A DNA stretch of 55,546 nt from Basidiobolus meristosporus CBS 931.73 (Eukaryota > Fungi > Basidiobolomycota), in the NCBI GenBank assembly GCA_002104905.1, contig MCFE01000587.1, positions 1 through 55,546 on the forward strand. Direction: 5' to 3'. Below the pieces are notes generated by a model. That model was not told the DNA's origin. It did not search any database and saw nothing but the letters and a program-made list of their open reading frames with translations. Shown piece after piece: positions 13,905-29,461 of the stretch. Position numbers and translations under genes: made by a program. Positions within the stretch are counted from its first letter, which is position 1. Every line of letters begins with the position of its first letter.

Positions 13905-16900
13905 TGGATCGTAGCTCTACAATGTTCCAACCTTCTGAGGCTTCCATGCAAGTTGTAGAAGACACAGGTAAACACGCTTGTGCTGTGTGGTTCAAGGCAA
14001 GGACAGACTAACATCTCGACTCCAGCTATGCTGATGGACAAGACTTGGGAGACAGTTCAATGCAAAAGTATGTCTCTTCAGAATGTTGTCGGTCTCGTTT
14101 CACTCTGTACTAATCCCTACTCTAGCTTTTGCCAAATGGTAATATCCAGTTTGAAGCTGCTCATAGATGAACCGATCTCTTTTGGCTCAACTTTTAGAAT
14201 AGGTTGAACAACAAGCTTTCTGTTAGAGAATTGCCAGCCATTGAAAGTCTATTCCAAGATGTCTCGGACGGCGTGTTGCTCATCAATCTTTTAGTAAGTT
14301 TTTTTTGCCTGGCGTTACCAACCGATGCTGACCGCCATTCTTTCCTCAGGAAATCATTGGAGATACCTCTCTCGGTAGATACAACAAGAACCCTAGACTC
14401 CGCATCCAAAAGGTCGAGAATTGTAACAAGGCCTTGGAATTCATCAAAATCCGTGGAGTCAATCTTACCAACATCGGTGCCGAAGGTAAAACTCTCCTAA
14501 CACGACTCCTTATCGAAGCGACTAGTGTTGACTCGTTTCCCATTCGCTCAGATATTGTCGATCAAAACTCAAAGTTAATCCTGGGAATGATTTGGACCAT
14601 TATTTTGCGCTTCACCATTGCCGAAATTAGGTTAGCGACTTCTCTGGTCGTTCGACTTTTTAGTTCTGTATATTCATCCTACTGCATCCAGCGAAGAGGG
14701 TCTTACTGCTAAGGAGGGTTTGTTGCTTTGGTGTCAAAGAAAGACTGAGCCTTATGATGACGTAAACGTCAGGGACTTCACATACAGCTGGCAAGATGGT
14801 TTAGCATTGTAAGCGATCGGTTGATCTATAGTTCGGTGACTTTCATTTGTATTAATTAATGCTCTTGCTAGCTGCGCCTTGATTCACCGTCATCGCCCTG
14901 ATCTCTTGGATTACCACTCCTTGGATAAGGTAAGATGACTAAGCGGCTAGCGTACGCCAACACATGTATCGACATATTTCCACTATATAGGCAGACCGTC
15001 ATGGAAACACTGCTTTGGCCTTCGAAGTTGCTGAGAGAGAGTTGGGAATTCCTGTAAGTCAGATGTAGAGATATTTCTCTTTGGATGTGTTTATTTATTT
15101 ATCATCATCGGTTATAGAAACTCTTGGATGTTGAGGATGTCTGTGATATGGCAAAGCCTGATGAAAGATCGATCATGACCTATGTTGCTCAATATTTCCA
15201 CGCCTTTTCATCACTTGGTATGGGTTCTCATTTTCTTGGGGACGATCGTCTGGGAGCTAACAAAGATCACACCCAACCTTAGATAAAATCGAAACTGCTG
15301 GTAGACGTGTTGCCAAGTTTGCCGAAGTGGTGCAGTCTGTTTGGGAAATGGAGAATGACTACGAAAGACGTGCTTCCCAGGTTTCTAGTATAGTTGTTAC
15401 TATTCGGATACTTTTCAGTTTTACTGAGCATCTCAATGTTAGTTGATGAACGATTTGGGCGCTATTCAATCAGTTTGGCAAAACTCCAGCTTCGAGGGAA
15501 CTTACGCTGATGCGAAGCAACAGTCCACCGAATTCAATCATTACAAAAATACCCAGAAGCGTACCTGGGTCGCCGAAAAGCATGAAATCGACACCTTGCT
15601 TGGTAACATTCAAACCAAATTGAATACCTACAACCTCAACCCCTACCATCCTCCCGCTGGTTTGACTCTTCAGGTCAGGGCTACTTTATCAGTGGAGAGA
15701 CTTAACTTGTATTCACATCCACACACACTTATAGGATCTTGACGATGCTTGGAATACTCTCCTTGCCTCTGAGGGTGAGCGTAGAAGAGCCATCAACGAA
15801 CAAATTAGACTGTAGGAATTCGTAGTCATTGTCAGTGTTGATGGGTCCTGGCAACTAATTGATTGATGTGCAATTTAGGATCAAGGAAAACTTGACCATG
15901 ACATTTGCCAACCAAGCCAACGAGTTCCAAGACGAGTTGAACTCCATTTCAACTGCATTGACCAATCTCTCCGGTGATTTGGAGGTATGTGGTTGCTTGA
16001 TGTCTAGAAGAACATGGGGCCTTGTTGATGTTCTAACTTACACACCCTATCAATCTTAGTCTCAACTTGAAACCGTCCAACACCTAAGCGCTCGTGTAGA
16101 TCCTTTGAGCTCATCCCTTGAGCAGATCCAGGATATTGACCAACAATGCCGTGAAGCCGGAATTGAAGAGAACGATTACACTGTTTACAGTGCCGAGGAT
16201 CTTGTTTTCGACCTGAACCTCATCCAAAAAGCCATTGCTAAGAAGCGCTCCTTCATAGAAAACCAGGTTAGATGGATCCCTCACATTTGCGCACCTGCAA
16301 GAGTGGCACTGACATTGCCCTTTCTCTCACCTAGGTTGTTTCTCGTAACATGACCAACCTTACCCCAGCCCAGCTTGAAGAATTTGAGTCGACCTTCCGT
16401 TACTTCGACAAAGACAACACCAACACCCTTTCCGCTCTGGAATTCAGAATGGGCCTGGAAAGTTTGGGAATTGTGTATCAAGTACGTGACTTCTATCTTT
16501 ATTGTATATGCTGCCCCTGGACGTAGCTAATCTACCATACCTTATTAGGATGAGGATTTCGAAGCCGTGTTCGAGTACGTTGCTCAAGGAGACGAAACCG
16601 TTTCTTTCGAACAGGTAAGGTCATTCGTTGTGGTTCTCGTTGCGGTCAGGCTCTTACATTCAGCAACTATTAGTTCATTGGTTTCATGGTCAGCATTACC
16701 GAGGATCAAACCACACCCGAGCAATTGAGAGAAGCATTCAGAGCTGTTGCCGGTGAAAAGGTGATGTTACTTGTGTCCCTGAGATACCCATGAGCACGAT
16801 ACTAACACACTTTATGCACTCTATGCAGGACTATGTCACTGAAGTCGACCTGAAGATGACTCACGTACCTGGACCAGTTATTGAATACTTGACTCAGAGC

Positions 16901-16963
16901 ATGCCACAAACCCACGATGGCTATGACTATTCTCAATACTTAGATTCGGTCTTCACCAACTGA
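13905..16963 (+). CDS. ain1: Alpha-actinin (two CH domains, short spectrin rod, EF-hands), very intron-rich
   Basis: CH1 WETVQCK|TFAKW...[26 protein letters not shown]; CH2 [12 protein letters not shown]...SWQDGLA|[29 protein letters not shown]; C-terminal EF-hand [17 protein letters not shown]. The start could be 13905 or 13922. Confidence 0.93.
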
Positions 16964-17043
16964 GGCCAATTTTTCGGAGCATGAATTAAGAAAGCTGGTG
17001 GCCGCACACTTTCCCTATTCATGACCAGTATCAGCCATATAAT

Positions 17044-17742
17044 TTATTCGTGATGTATGTCTTTGTATATCAAGCCCAGAAGCAAAACAATAAAAAACCC
17101 CTTATGGATGGCATAAACGCGCGGGCGTTTATTCGTGACTGTAATGGAAGATGAATGAGCCGTCTTGGGATTTGGAAGGAAATGGCTGAATCCCAGCCTT
17201 TCTCTTTCCTTGCGGAGGATGTTGGTGATCTCCGTTCTATTGACAAACTGGGCGCCCACTTGCCCATAGGTTTCTCTGATGGAAACTTCTATCTGACCCG
17301 GAGAAGAATCGAGATTGGGGGCCTCCTTCCGGATTGCATCGCGGATCACATCATTTCTCTTCAATAGGTCGCTCTCTTCGATGGAGTGGGTATGGTGTAA
17401 TGCAGATGATTGAGCGCGTACGACGGTGACCGTGCTCTGAGGGGTGACTTTAACAACGATTCGGACTCTACATTGGCCAGGCTCACGAACGGTGGTCCTG
17501 CGTCGTTTGTTCGCGGGGACGTGGGGGTTCTTGGTGGATGATTTCTTATGCTTCTCGAAGCGACAGGCATAGGTGGTGGTGACAGCGCCATGCTTCAATA
17601 CTCGTTTCCTACTGTACATCACCCAAAAGTTGGTTGCAAGTCCCCATATCTCCTGGAAATCCTCTAGTTTACGAAAAGAGATTCCATCCGGCGGTACATC
17701 AAACAGAGCCTCTCTCAGTGCTACGTGTCCAGCCGAGAGCAT
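17044..17742 (-). CDS. WRKY/GCM1-fold (FAR1/MULE-type) zinc DNA-binding domain protein, without a transposase catalytic domain
   Basis: 232-aa ORF with YACRF...KRRRTT...GQCRVRIVV...HHTH (C-C-HxH spacing). A tag acceptor precedes the ORF start, so a 5' exon is likely but unresolved. Confidence 0.5.
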   Translation of the reverse strand: MLSAGHVALREALFDVPPDGISFRKLEDFQEIWGLATNFWVMYSRKRVLKHGAVTTTYACRFEKHKKSSTKNPHVPANKRRRTTVREPGQCRVRIVVKVTPQSTVTVVRAQSSALHHTHSIEESDLLKRNDVIRDAIRKEAPNLDSSPGQIEVSIRETYGQVGAQFVNRTEITNILRKERERLGFSHFLPNPKTAHSSSITVTNKRPRVYAIHKGFFIVLLLGLIYKDIHHE

Positions 17743-18759
17743 CTACAAATAAGTGGAGAAGCAGGGAAATCGGGCCGATCACCGCTTAAAAAGCGTTACC
17801 TTCCAAGAGTTCGCCGCTTTAGTCCCATCGAAACAGAAAGGGTCGAAGGAACAAAAATCTCACGCGACCTACGAGCCAATTCGGCAAATCTCTGGAAGAC
17901 GTCTCCACACTAAATCAATCCAAACCTCACCTCCAGTTTAAACACCAAATCAATACAAATCTCAAGTTTAAAGATTGAAATGGATGTGCAGAATCGGGCG
18001 ATTCAGTGTTGGCTAGATCGAGTCAACACAATCCACGCCGCCTGTCCAATCATTCCCGGGGCCCACTCGCAAGAATTCGGAAAGATCGCTGGCGACATGG
18101 CCAAAATCGATCATAGTTGCGTTATTTTGGGATTATAAAGGGCAAAACACCACCCTTAGCAAGTGCTGAACCATCCGAGTCACCACTCGGGCGAAATAGG
18201 TAACAGAAGTCACAACTCCACCAACAACTACGTCCTAGAATCCCTATATATAGTGAAATGCGGAATGAAAGCTGAGGTGCCCATACGTGGAATTTCATTA
18301 ACCGAATTGGATGGCGGATGAGCCAGATAATTAGTACGTACAACCTACAACCTACGCCGTGCAACGCTCACCTCACTGCCTACCATAGCTCCCCTGTGTG
18401 CACTTCAAACAACACTGGCCAGCCAATGGGGCCAGGCGCAACTACACAATATGGGATTGTTTGGATCTATCGATGTTTTCTCCGTATCTACAATGATAAA
18501 CAATTACTGCATTGTTTGGAGCATTTGGCCAATGTATTAGGGCAATGTATTAGGTACATGGAATCGCCTCTTTCATTAAATGTTACTTTAGGATTTTCTT
18601 TTTAATCAGAAATTTTCTTCTCAGCCAATCCTCACCCACTGGTTTTTCCTCTTTTAATTAGCCTGAGATTCTTGGACTCTCCACCTAGCAGTCGTTTTTG
18701 GTTTCTCCTCCCCCCATCTCATCCATTTTTATCCTCTCCCACATACCCTTTAGTACATA

Positions 18760-19844
18760 ATGAAAACCGCTCTGGACCTGCCCCAGCCAAACACCACCAA
18801 AACCAAGAGTAAGTACGCGTTGACTACTGCTCCTGGCTTTGCGCCATTTCTAACCTTGCCCTAGGTGATGAGAAGTTTCGGAAATACCTGAGCTTGTGCA
18901 CTCTGGTCGTTCAGAACAGCTCGCTGGTGCTGCTGCTCCGTTACTCTCGCATCATGCAACAACCTGGACAGCCACTGTACATCGCATCCACTGCGGTGTT
19001 CTTTGCTGAGATCATCAAGTTCTTCGTTTGCTTCTATTTTCTATACAGAGAGTCAGGAAAGTGGTCCATCTTTATGAGCACAGTGAACGAGGAGTTTGTC
19101 GAGAACTTCTCCGACATCTACAAGATGGTCATCCCTTCGGGACTCTACGCCATACAGAACAACCTTCTGTTCGTGGCCCTCTCCAACCTTGAGGCCACTA
19201 CGTTCCAGATCACATATCAGATGAAGATCCTCACCACCGCTTTGTTTTCGGTGGTCCTCCTGGGCAAAAGGCTCTCGCGTGGTAAATGGGTTAGCTTGAT
19301 ACTTTTGATGATTGGCGTGATACTTGTCCAGCTACCCGCCTCTACGAAAGTTGCCACGCCAGCCACCGATGAGGACACCAATCTCATGACCGCGCAAACC
19401 CCATTGATTGGGTTGATTGCCGTGATCACTGCGTGTCTCTCTTCTGGCTTTGCTGGCTGTTACTTCGAAAAGATGCTCAAGAGGAACGCAACCAGCATGT
19501 GGGTTCGTAACATCCAACTCGGTATCCCAGGTACGCTATTCTCCTTGATAGCCATGCTGTTCAACGATGGCATGGCAATCAGCACCGATGGCTTCTTCCA
19601 GGGCTACGATTTCTTGACCTGGATCGTGGTGTTGAATCAAGCGCTCGGTGGCTTATTGGTGGCGGTTGTGGTGAAGTATGCGGACAACATCCTCAAAGGA
19701 TTCGCAACATCACTTTCCATCATCATCTCCAGCGTTGTGTCGTTCTATCTGTTCAACTTCTACCCCTCGCCCCAGTTCGCTTTAGGGGCGCTCATTGTGA
19801 TTACTTCGACCTTTCTGTACGGACGCCCTGAGAGAGTCCAGTGA
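18760..19844 (+). CDS. Nucleotide-sugar transporter (SLC35A; UDP-galactose/UDP-GlcNAc/CMP-Sia family)
   Basis: Motifs LYAIQNNL, TFQITYQMKILTTA, SGFAGCYFEKMLK, SMWVRNIQL and VVKYADNILKGFA; about 10 hydrophobic segments. Short first exon from ATG 18760. Confidence 0.92.
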
Positions 19845-20347
19845 TATCTAATCCCTCATATAGTGAACATACATTAGCACCGACTAGTCCATATATCATA
19901 GCCATGCGGATGAACCACTCATCAAAGCTGAGATTTTGGGTTCCTCCGTTCTATCCTCCCCCTCCCCCTCCCCCTTAATCACGACTGGAAATAGACCACC
20001 CCTCGCCCACGTCCTCACACTACATCCTCTCACCTGTACTTTACAAGCTTGACAGATGGTTATACATTTCAATTTTATCCCTGTTCGAGGTTTTCATTAG
20101 AGGACGTGTACGAACCACTTAAATTATAAACATCACCCATGTATAGACTTCAGCCTTCATGAAACAGTGCTCTTTTCAGAAAGGATGGATTTTTTATTTA
20201 CAATCATATCAATAGTAATCAAATTTGGAATCTAAGGTGTGGTTAATGCGGTGATGATTCTGCTAAGCTACCGCTGTGTGCCGGAGTCTACGGATTGCAA
20301 GAGATGGGTGGATATGTAGGTTGACGATCGTCCGAGCGACGGGGCTC

Positions 20348-23055
<2,708 letters not shown>

Positions 23056-23911
23056 TGTGTAAAGACGGAGGTGAGGATGAAGTCACCGACCCATGGGGGC
23101 TCGGGAATTTATTCGGTTTCAATCACGAACGACAGGGCCCTCAAAAATTCCATCCAGCTACGAATCATTGGTCCCTTGCGAAGGGATTTCTCGACATCAA
23201 ATTTTTTCCCTCACATGGAAACACCCCAGCGGAACGAGCCGCTTTAGAGGGAGATTCGCACTTCTCATTCCATTTTGGCTAAATATCCAGGTCACATCGT
23301 TTACAGTGTCCATGCAAATATCCACCCTCTCCCACCTCGTCCCATTTTGTACGAGCGTGTTGATTATCTACACGAGATAAGATACCGTGGTCGACCAATC
23401 ATCTCCCAATGTGCCTTCTACATCCCTGCTGGTGTAGCTTAACCACCAGATATGGAACTCCTTGCTAAAATAAGGTTTATCTGAATGGCTGAGGTTTATG
23501 CAAGGAATAAGCAACCTTATCAAGCTCAACTGTTATCTTGATTATCTCTGATAGATAATTTATCCGCGGTCACACACACCTTCCCACCCAATCCCAATCA
23601 CCAGGTTGGAGGCCGCGCCCTATATAATTCTCAGTGATTTCCCGTCCGTTTGCCATCAGTAACCTCCAAGATCCTTATGGGGTGGTTGATTGGATCCCTA
23701 GAATAGTTGCTTACATGTTTCTGGATTGCCGTTCATTAGGCTCCCCATGGGTTATGGGAATTAAGCGTAATGCTGAACTGGATGATGAATGGGTGGCCAG
23801 CAATGATAGCATAGGTGGATAGTGTGCCTCAAATACCCATTTCCCAATTTATTCACCAATAGTAGTTAGGACTCCTCCCACCGTCCCTTACCCTGTGTAT
23901 AGAGTGCTTCC

Positions 23912-26410
23912 ATGTTCAAGAGTTGGAAAAAAAAAGCGAGCAGCACAAAGAGCGACTCGAGTGAGAAGCGGTTTAGTCTGTTGGGTTCCAAGAGTTCCCA
24001 GAGCCCTCTCTCTGGCAACTCACCGGAGATCCCCTCTGCGGCATATTCCCAAGTAGGTTTTCTTCCATCGTTTGCGTGGGGAAGGGCAGTCCGTGTTGAC
24101 AAGAGGCTGGTTTCTATAGGATGGGACTGGGTACCAAAGGAAGGTGTCCCAGACCTCGACGTTGCTGACCACCCCTTCGGTGGCGAGTTTAAATAGTCAG
24201 GCTAGCAGCGTGGTAGATCTGGGTGCTACAAGCACTCAGCCATCTGAAGAGCTCAAAAAGTGTTTTTCAAGCCCTGGCCCAGAACGAAACGGTCAGACGC
24301 CCCACAAAGATGCCAACGGTCTAAATGTTTCGGTAAAGAAGGAGACGGGGGTTAGAAGCGAAGGTATTTCGATCATTTCGGAAGGCGTGCACCACCCGAT
24401 TTTGACTTCTTGTTCTGTGGTATAAGAAGAGAAGCGCGAAAGTGCCCCCGTCCAACCGGAGGCACCTCCCACAGCAGCCTCGACCGACTTACAAACGAGC
24501 GAAAGTAGGGTGTCTTGTTGAAGCATCGAGCTATTTCAGATTCCCGACAATTCAAACGTTTTGCCTTTAGATATGGCGTTTATTTACCAGCTTGATAACC
24601 GGGTTCAAAAATTACAAAGTCAGGTGGGTTCGCTATCTCTATCGATTTCTGTTGTCGGCCTGCTTCCCAGCCATGAAAAGTATCACCTCCTTCCCGCCAA
24701 CGTGAATCTCATCTTGCTTTGTTCCCGATGATGATTAGGTCAAAGATATGCGACAGTACTTCAAGGGTCTCCTCAAGCGCGACACTGAGGAGCTAGTCAC
24801 AGCAAGCATCAAGATACAGGCTCTTGCACGAGGACATCTGGTAAGTCAGGTCATCATGTTTACCTCACAAGTGTAGTGGGTGTGGGGGGAGATGGAGGGG
24901 AGGGGAGGAGAGGAAGAGGAAGAGGAAGTGCACACCAGCACTTGTGTGTCAGAATGACATGTAGACTGACTGAATCGCCCGGGTGCCACTCTTGCTGGGA
25001 CTGGGTGGACTGTTTGTAGGTTAGGAAGGAGTATCGGGACTACAAGTTCGTCAAGCTGCGAGGACGTCGACTCATGCAGCGACCAGTGACGCTGAGTCAG
25101 TTGCAGAAGGAGTGCTCACGAGTTGGAGGGCTTGCAGGACAAGAAAGCGGAGGTGAGTGAGGGCTCAGGCTCTGGTGGATGTCAGATGGGTGCGTGCAAG
25201 CATGGCCGATGCGGACCAGCCACCCGTATCGGAAGTGTTTGTGTGTGGACCCATGGACAAACGCCAAGAGTGGCTGACTGGTTGGTTTTCTAGCAGAGTT
25301 CATTCCGATAGCGATACTTACTGTGCGACATTGTTTTACTCCTTCACCACCACCACCACCATCACCATTGCCGTTGTCATTGTCATTGCCATTACCATTA
25401 CCATTACCATCACCACTACCTTGACAATGGTCAATGGTCAATGATCAATGGGTGTGAATGGATATAGACACCGAGCAGGACTTGGCGGCAGCGACGATTC
25501 AGAGAGTGTGGCGGGGCCGAATGGTTCGCAAGCGAGTCGGAGAGTACCAGAGGATGAGGAGTGCAGCCACACGGATCCAGTCATTATGGTAAGCGGGCGA
25601 GGATCAGGTGGAACTAGGCAGTGCTTTGACCCTGACTTCTAACCATATCTCTCCTTTTTCTTTGTCGGTTTTCCGTTTGGTGTTGTGTTGTTCACTTCAA
25701 CTGTGTGCGTGTGCGTGTGCGTGTGCGTGTGTGTATTTGCTGTTTGTGCCTGATCTATTGATGGTGTTCCCATTTCCATTGTTGCTGTTTCTGTTGGGGA
25801 TGGCCACACGGTCGATAGGCGCGGGTATCGTTTACGAGAGGCGAATCCACGCATCATGGTGAAGATCCTGCAGAAGAGGTCAAAGGAGCAACAGAAGTGT
25901 ATCCACCGGCTGACTCGTGAAGTCAAGACACTACAGATCCAGATGGATGAAGAGATCATGATCCAGAAGGAGCATGCGGATTCGTTGAGCTACTTGCATA
26001 CTGAGGTAAGTGATGCAATCTTCTTCGCAGTTGTAGCACTAGTAGTGGCAGTAGCGGTAGCGGTAGTAGTTGTAGAAGTAGGAGTAGGAGTCAAGCTGGA
26101 AGAGGATAAGGAGAAGGAGAAGGAGAAGGAGAAGGATGTGAATGTGAATGTGAATGTGAATGTGAAAGAGCATGAACTAATCGCAAGCAAATATGATATG
26201 TAGGTGCGAGCGCTGAAAGCCGAGAAGGCCATCGCTCCCAAGAAATCCCCGACCACACTTCGGAAGCCTCGACTATCAACAGGGCCACCAGCGGTGGATG
26301 TTTCGAAGTTTGTGTTGCAAGAAGACTTTGCCTATCTTAAGGCCGAAATCGAGTATCTGCATCAGCGTTTGGAGGAGATCAGTAGAAATCCCGTTGCTAA
26401 TAATCCTTGA
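23912..26410 (+). CDS. IQ-motif / coiled-coil protein, paralog A (CEP97-like C-terminal module), multi-exon
   Basis: Spliced: MFKSWKKK... low-complexity region ...FIYQLDNRVQKLQSQ|VKDMRQYF...IKIQALARGHL|VRKEY...ATIQRVWRGRMVRK...AATRIQSLW|RGYRLREANP + coiled coil. Three IQxxxRG motifs. One internal intron (about 25153-25467) may hide an exon. Confidence 0.75.
24624..26379 (+). repeat. Left arm of a ~1.76 kb near-identical inverted repeat
   Basis: Its reverse complement matches 29729-31496 across exons and introns, apart from a few SNPs and microsatellite length changes. Mirrored ORFs in the track agree. Confidence 0.95.
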
Positions 26411-26629
26411 TATATGTATCTACACGGCGCTCACTTTCTATATGTATACCCCAGCAATATCGCCTGTATCTCCGTAAAACAAGCATTTGCAATATATATG
26501 GCAGATGTGGCATTCCTGTATCCACAAGCATCTTTAATGGAATAAATCATTTTGTCCAGCAAATAATTAAAGGTAAGGAACAAAGCATCAAATCCCCAGG
26601 GATCTCATGTACATTAGGTGGTTGATGAA

Positions 26630-27640
26630 TTAGATAATTCTCAACTACATATCGCAAACCAAACCGCATTAGTTACCCGAACGAAACGATAATGGCAATT
26701 GACTTACATAATTACTTGGCACAATACCAATTGTGCCATCACTACGTCGAGCCTGCCACCACTTGCCTTTGGTGTCGACTATATCCAGCACTTCATCTCT
26801 GGTAAACGAGATCTCGTTTGGGTCACTGTCACTTGCCTCGTCTAGTTTCCACAGAAAATCAAGTCAATTAGCTATATCTTTGTTGGGGATTAGAATGGGG
26901 AACCATACACGTATAAATCGCTCGCGCCTTGTAAACGTAATTTGGGTTGTGGATCAAAGAGGGGTAATACCCCATCTCTGTTATGCTCGTGCCAGTGCTA
27001 TGTGTTCTTACGTGGTCGACTTCTTGTAACTGTGGTGAAGATTCACTCTCAATCATATCACTTGAGTACATGGATGGTTGGATATCCACGGGGGGACCCC
27101 CATCGAGTCCCAACCCGACTAGCCAGGCAATCTTTGGGTTGGTTTTGAAGTTAGCGTCGCCAACAACAAGATTTCTATAATGTCCTCCCTCTTACCATTC
27201 CAATAGCAGTCACGATAAACCCTGCCCCAAGGCTCACTATGGGAGTGATTTTGATATAGATTGTGTCGTCGATTTCTATCACTAGAAACGCAATAGCAAC
27301 ACCCAGCAATGGGAGGAACTAGGCATGGGTCAATACTGGGAATACAGTCCTCTACTACACTTTCGACTTACCGCCAGCCGGAACTTCCTAATGCAGCCAC
27401 TGAAAGTAGCCGCAGATATCCCAAATATCAGGCAAAATACATAGATGAGCACAAACCACGTAAAGCCTGAAGCTCGTATAGTGCATGCAGAAGCAAAGGA
27501 GATGATTAACCCACACTACATATCATACAAGCACGTCAGTCTACGAAGGGGTGGCATACATTTTCGTGGTTCCTTACTAGGTTCAGTATCAAAGCTACCA
27601 AGAAGCAAGGGCTTCGCCGTGAAAGCCCCAGATGGTTCAT
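26630..27640 (-). CDS. SHO1: Sho1-like osmosensor (4 TM helices + C-terminal SH3), multi-exon; not resolved by the ORF track
   Basis: Manual splicing gives ...FLVALILNL|CGLIISFASAC...FTWFVLIYVFCLIFGISA...FRLA|FLPLLGVAIAFLV...GAGFIVTAIGM|IAWLVGLG...YKARAIYT|YEASDSDPNEISFTRDEVLDIVDTKGKWWQARRSDGTIGIVPSNY|LRII*. All junctions are GT-AG. Confidence 0.85.
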
Positions 27641-28140
27641 ACCGGATTCAAATGGAACAGGGATAAGGTAAAAGGTCGTCGAGTTGAAGGGATACTTTGA
27701 GCCAACTAAGTGGCCGTTACGGATAATATTTTCATGGATAGCTGGAGTATATTCCACCTGGATGGACGCCAAACGTTGTTAGAGAAATAGCAACAGACTC
27801 CCACTACAGCTAGTTTCGGAGATGATGTAATTTGAAGTGGCATAAAGTTACAAGTCTGGCAGATATGATGAGCTAAACCGATGGCTAAATTAAACCCAGA
27901 TTGTCTACCAACTAGGTATGATTGCACACTCCAACCCTTTCATGAAACTGAATTGGGTTAGCAAAAGAACAGCAGACAAGTCCGATCCAATCTGCCCCTG
28001 ATTCCTTGAAGCATATGCAAAATCTAATCTCAAATTCATCTAATTTTTGTTTCTTGACTATCACCAAGAATATCACCTAGACTGCCTCCCAATAAATTCC
28101 CTTATTCCTTGTCACAGTAGGGCTACCCTCACACTATAGT

Positions 28141-29461
28141 ATGACGCTTGCCGACGAGATAAGGTCCGCCCCGAGAACGGCCGCGTTCGTGGTTTTTTTC
28201 TTGGGTCAAGCGGCCATAATCAACTTTTCTCAAATAGCCGGGTTGGCCTTGAAGCCCATCAACAATGGTTGTTTCAAGCGGTTCATCGATTACACACAGC
28301 GCATGTTCGGTCTGTTGCTGGTGGCCATAACCGAGCTCTTCGCCCCCGCCTCGTTCGTTATAACTGCTGATCCCGACGCGGCAGACATTTTCAACGACAC
28401 TTCTGACCCTTCGCTCCCCCAACTTTCTTTTCCCGAGCGCATTATACTTATCGCAAACCATCAAGTAAGACTATTCCACTGACCCAGCTGCGAGGGCGTT
28501 TCTAATCTTGTTTTGGCTGGTACGCATAGATATACGCCGATTGGATCTATCTATGGTAAGAGGCCCTTGGTCTTCCTTCGTAGCATGGTATACGTATACT
28601 CATACTGGAAATAGGTGTGTAGCATATTTCTCAAGAGCCCACGACGCAATCAAGATCATTTTGAAGGATTCGTTGAAACATGTCCCAATCTTTGGCTGGT
28701 AAGTGTAGACCCATGGAAAATCTCGACTGCCTATTTTCTAATCGCTTTACTTCAAACAGGGTAAATTTCCCTCTTTTACAAGTGTGTCGACACTCGCTCA
28801 TAACATTTTTTTCAAGGGGATGCAATTTTTCGATTTCATTTTTCTGAGAAGGAACTGGTCGGCAGACCAGATCCATCTGGCCAAACACCTGGCCCACCTC
28901 TCGGAAGGGGCCCACCCGTTGTGGCTCATCCTCTTCCCGGAAGGAACCGTCGTCTCGAAGGATACTCGAAAGAGGTCGGCAGCATTTGCGGAGAAGGAGA
29001 AGCTTTCGAACCCAAAGAACGTACTCTTGCCACGGTCGACCGGGATGCATTTTTGTTGCTCCCAGCTAAGAAAATCGGTGGATTATGTGTACGATATGAC
29101 CATTGGCTACGAGGGATTGAACCAGGACCAGATCCCGCAGATCGTATACACCCTGAAGAGCATGTACTTCCAGAATAAATACCCACGCCAAGTTCACATC
29201 CATGTGCGCCGCTACGAGATGAGCGCCATTCCCACCGACGAGGCAGAATTCACCCAATGGATCCGGGCGAGATGGCAAGAAAAAGACGCCCTGATGGAGG
29301 ATTTCTACAAACATGGCCGCTTTCCGGCCACGGAGCACAAGAAAGTCATCCACATCAAGATGAACCACATCTCAGACCTTGTTCAGATCTGGCTCCTCAG
29401 TATCCCGTTAATCGTGGTATCGTGTGCCGTATGGTATTCCATAAGGAACTTTATTTTATGA
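28141..29461 (+). CDS. Phospholipid acyltransferase (LCLAT1/Cst26-like, PlsC family)
   Basis: NHQ|IYADW (HX4D motif), IILKDSLKHVPIFGW, FIFLRRNW, LILFPEGT, LLPRSTG and VYDMTIGY. Confidence 0.9.

Noticed and set aside
12164-16963. TRM140 beside alpha-actinin as an echo of the yeast Abp140 actin-binding frameshift fusion
   Set aside because: The methyltransferase has its own start and stop, has no long N-terminal extension, and is separated from alpha-actinin by a normal promoter.
25097-26288. ORFs with GNGNGN, THTHTH, FTFTF and SHSHSH runs, mirrored at 29820-31024
   Set aside because: They are translations of intronic microsatellites, not proteins.
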